From a bacterium (GTDB lineage: Bacteria > SAR324 > XYD2-FULL-50-16 > G965216635): a stretch of DNA of 64,000 bases. How positions within the stretch are numbered: the stretch's first letter is position 1; each line of letters begins with the position of its first letter. The translations under genes were made by a program, and so were the position numbers. Of the stretch, positions 60,791-64,000 are shown one piece after another. The stretch spans positions 800,001 to 864,000 of the forward strand of contig OZ244188.1 in assembly GCA_965216635.1 (NCBI GenBank). The letters are read 5' to 3'. The notes under the pieces were generated by a model, which did no database searches, was not told where the DNA came from, and saw nothing but the letters and a program-made list of their open reading frames with translations.

Positions 60791-60891
60791 ATAAAAAAAA
60801 CAAGTATTAAATAAAAAAAACTTGCTAAAATAATTTTTTTCAATCATTCTTTCTCTCTTAGAAGCCTATTTTGGCTTTTTTTTAACTTAAA

Positions 60892-61150
60892 TAGACCTTT
60901 GAATTTCGCTGATGTGACGGCTAGCCAAATGGTTAGAACAGGTGCAAAAAAAATTTTTAGCTCGCAGGAATACTCAAGTATTTCAAGAGTTAAAAATTTT
61001 TTTTAATGGCGTAGTGTTAAACACTACAAAACTTAACGTTCAGCAAGAGTGAAATGTGAAACAGCCAGTGGCTGTTTCACAAATAGCCTGTCTGAAGTTT
61101 TAAGCAATGAGCTTTGTTTTGGCTAAACAGAATGCAAATTCAAAAGTCTA
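60892..61150. mobile_element. 259-bp MITE-like element with TTAAA direct repeat
   Basis: TTAAA-TAGACC...AGTCTA-TTAAA. Confidence 0.9.
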
Positions 61151-61167
61151 TTAAACAACAAATAATT

Positions 61168-62586
61168 ATGAAAAATACACTATTAAGGAGACTTGGTTGT
61201 TTAGGCTGTATTTTTACAGCTATTCTTTTATTCTCACACTTTGGCAGTTTGCAAGCCCAAGAAGCAGCAAAAAACCAAAGCAGAAAAACAGGTTGGTTTG
61301 CAGGTAGTAGCTACAGGTTGTCTCCCGTAGAATTAGAAATAACTCAAGGCACTAGAGAAGTTACTTTTACGGATACAAAAGTGGATACTAGAACTGAGGA
61401 AACGGTTGATGTCGCTATTAAACCTAATAATATTAGCACCAGATATGAAATAGAAATTGCTTCTAGTAGTGATATAAAAAAAACTTCAAATGCGGCATTA
61501 ACTGACGACGATAACGATTACTTTAAAGAACTAGGGGAGAAATACTGTAGGACTGGAGCTATTTCGGGGTTTGCACCACCAACGAACCCTGGTGTGACAG
61601 CAGATCCTTATCCAGACGAAAAGTGGATAGGAAGGACTGGAGGACTCAATCAAATAAGCGCGCAGTTAGGTTGTGCAATACCTGAGGTTACTTCTGGGAA
61701 TTTTAGTACTTATTTTCCAAATACTACTCCCAATAGCCTTCCCCCTACCACTTACAGTTCTTCCTCTAGTAGGATTATCAACAACTCAACGGGAGCTGAT
61801 ATTCAGGCTACCAGCAATAAAATTGGAGGGCAAAATATCTATTTTGGCTACAACTTTGAAAAATTCAGAGTAACTTTCAGCGACTCTCGTTGGAATTCTG
61901 GAGCAGCAAAGATCCAATCTCAAATGGTTTTTGCTGATTGGTTTTTACCCCGTAATCTTTACGCTGGATTCGGTATAGCCAGAAGCCATTTAGCTACATC
62001 TTTTGGCTCGGATTCTTCCATCAAACCAGTGATTACCTTTGGTAAACGCAGAAGAATATCCCAGAGATTGACTGTAGAAATTGGTTTTTTATACCAGCAG
62101 GTGGAACTCAGTGTGTCCAACAACAGCAATAACAAACCAAACAATATATCCTTGGGAACACCGTCTGTAGGGGCAGAAATAGCAGGAGAACAACGAACAA
62201 ACACAACTAGCAGAACTGGTACATTACCTGATACATTACAAAATACAGAAATCAGAACAAAGCATGTAGAAGCACACCAAGCGGTAATTGATAATAATTG
62301 TGTTGGGATTACTGGTAATTGTCCTGATAATCCTGCTAAAGAAATTTTTATTGTCCCTCTTGGTGAGACTGTATTTAAAAGGGTTGGAAACGTAGGCCCA
62401 GAGATTGGCTTTAAAGCCACTAGAATTGTAACTATTACAGGAGAACAGGCAGAGTTCATAACAACCACTACAACGCAAGAGTTCAAAACAACCACAACCA
62501 CAGAAGGAACTGCAACGCAAACGCAAAACGAAGCAAAAGTTACGATTCCTTCCACAGTCTTTATCAATATCCATCTCTCTTTTTAG
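61168..62586 (+). CDS. Predicted outer-membrane beta-barrel protein, array B paralog 1
   Basis: LQA-Q signal end, KTGWFAG, FGYNFEKFR, VFADWF, terminal F; same layout as array A. Confidence 0.8.
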   Translation: MKNTLLRRLGCLGCIFTAILLFSHFGSLQAQEAAKNQSRKTGWFAGSSYRLSPVELEITQGTREVTFTDTKVDTRTEETVDVAIKPNNISTRYEIEIASSSDIKKTSNAALTDDDNDYFKELGEKYCRTGAISGFAPPTNPGVTADPYPDEKWIGRTGGLNQISAQLGCAIPEVTSGNFSTYFPNTTPNSLPPTTYSSSSSRIINNSTGADIQATSNKIGGQNIYFGYNFEKFRVTFSDSRWNSGAAKIQSQMVFADWFLPRNLYAGFGIARSHLATSFGSDSSIKPVITFGKRRRISQRLTVEIGFLYQQVELSVSNNSNNKPNNISLGTPSVGAEIAGEQRTNTTSRTGTLPDTLQNTEIRTKHVEAHQAVIDNNCVGITGNCPDNPAKEIFIVPLGETVFKRVGNVGPEIGFKATRIVTITGEQAEFITTTTTQEFKTTTTTEGTATQTQNEAKVTIPSTVFINIHLSF

Positions 62587-62687
62587 TGCATAGCTTATAA
62601 GCAGTAGGATTTTTGTAAAGATTTGGGGACTTGTTTTTCTAGCGCTGTAGGTTGAAAAAAACACAAAAAAATTAAAATAAATTTTAA

Positions 62688-62845
62688 TAGACCTTATGAA
62701 TTTGCGCTCTGTTTAGCCTAAACAAGCTTATTGCTTGACGCTTTTTATGGGCTATTTAACAGCCAAAGGGCAGTTTCACAGTTCATTCTTGCTTAACGCA
62801 AGGTTTGTAGTGTTCTTTGTTACGCCATTGAAAAAATTTTAAAAA
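62688..62845. mobile_element. Partial MITE-like element, duplicate of 60634
   Basis: Near identical sequence. Confidence 0.7.
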
Positions 62846-62947
62846 ATAAAAAAAACAAGTATTAAATAAAAAAAAACTTGCTAAAATAATTTTTTTCAAC
62901 CATTCTTTCTCTCTTAGGAGCCTATTTTGGCTTTTTTTTAACTTAAA

Positions 62948-63206
62948 TAGACCTTTGAATTTCGCTGATGTGACGGCTAGCCAAATGGTTAGAACAGGTG
63001 CAAAAAAAATTTTTAGCTCGCAGGAATACTCAAGTATTTCAAGAGTTAAAAATTTTTTTTAATGGCGTAGTGCTAAACACTACAAAACTTAACGTTCAGC
63101 AAGAGTGAAATGTGAAACAGCCAGTGGCTGTTTCACAAATAGCCTGTCTGAAGTTTTAAGCAATGAGCTTTGTTTTGGCTAAACAGAATGCAAATTCAAA
63201 AGTCTA
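62948..63206. mobile_element. 259-bp MITE-like element, duplicate of 60892
   Basis: Near identical, same TTAAA flanks. Confidence 0.9.
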
Positions 63207-63223
63207 TTAAACAACAAATAATT

Positions 63224-64000
63224 ATGAAAAATACATTATTATTATTATTATTAAGGAGACTTGGTTGTTTAGGCTGTATTTTTACAGCTATTCTTTTATT
63301 CTCACAGTTTGGCAGTTTGCAAGCCCAAGAAGCAGCAAAAAACCAAAGCAGAAAAACAGGTTGGTTTGCAGGTAGTAGCTACAGGTTGTCTCCCGTAGAA
63401 TTAGAAATAACTCAAGGCACTAGAGAAGTTACTTTTACGGATACAAAAGTGGATACTAGAACAGAATCCGATATTGAAGAAACCGTTGATGTCACTATAA
63501 CTGACCCTGATAATGTTCGCACCAGATATGAAATAGAAGTAACCAATGATGCGGTAACAGGACTTTCAAGCAATGATGAGGATAATATCCGTTACCTTCA
63601 AAAAGTAGCGGAAAGAATCTGTAGGGAAGGAAAGGGCTTTGGCCAGCCTGTGACAGCAGATCCTTATCCAGACGAAAAGTGGGCCACTCAGACTGGAGGC
63701 AGTGATGTAATTATCTCTTCTGGAGGTTGTTTCAAACTTAAAGAAGTTACTTCTGGAAATTTTATTACTCATTCTAGTTTTTCCACTACCACTAACAGTT
63801 CTTCCTCTAGTAGGATTATCAACAACTCAACGGGAGCTGATATTCAGGGTACCAGCAATAAAATTGGAGGGCAAAATATCTATTTTGGCTACAACTTTGA
63901 AAAATTCAGAGTAACTTTCAGCGACTCTCGTTGGAATTCTGGAGCAGCAAAGATCCAATCTCAAATGGTTTTTGCTGATTGGTTTTTACCCCGTAATCTT
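63224..64000 (+). CDS. Array B paralog 2 (partial, runs off window; absent from ORF track)
   Basis: Open frame MKNTLLLLLLRRLGCLGC...; constant blocks near identical to 61168, loop 1 divergent. Confidence 0.85.
   Translation, partial: MKNTLLLLLLRRLGCLGCIFTAILLFSQFGSLQAQEAAKNQSRKTGWFAGSSYRLSPVELEITQGTREVTFTDTKVDTRTESDIEETVDVTITDPDNVRTRYEIEVTNDAVTGLSSNDEDNIRYLQKVAERICREGKGFGQPVTADPYPDEKWATQTGGSDVIISSGGCFKLKEVTSGNFITHSSFSTTTNSSSSSRIINNSTGADIQGTSNKIGGQNIYFGYNFEKFRVTFSDSRWNSGAAKIQSQMVFADWFLPRNL

Overview
AT-rich bacterial chromosome segment; dense repeats and decaying accessory genes suggest a host-associated lineage (inference). Housekeeping genes: ccoNOQ, ileS, ushA, clpSA, nrdB, bioY, pepP, gshB, dnaX-ybaB-recR, pheA, an Amidase_3 gene, mutS, several ABC components, and a stand-alone 23S rRNA gene with no adjacent 16S or 5S. 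Accessory structure: (1) two tandem arrays of related small beta-barrel outer-membrane proteins with two large hypervariable loops (2.5-6.7 kb and 61-64 kb); (2) about 19 complete or partial copies of a modular palindromic MITE-like element (TAGAC...GTCTA), some truncating toxin or nuclease-like genes; (3) an array of unrelated small genes downstream of the 23S gene, punctuated by six copies of the rRNA terminator hairpin; (4) two genes or gene pairs flanked by a duplicate of the neighbouring gene's 3' end. I saw no transposase, integrase, reverse transcriptase, CRISPR array or tRNA. All family assignments come from motif recognition, not database searches.
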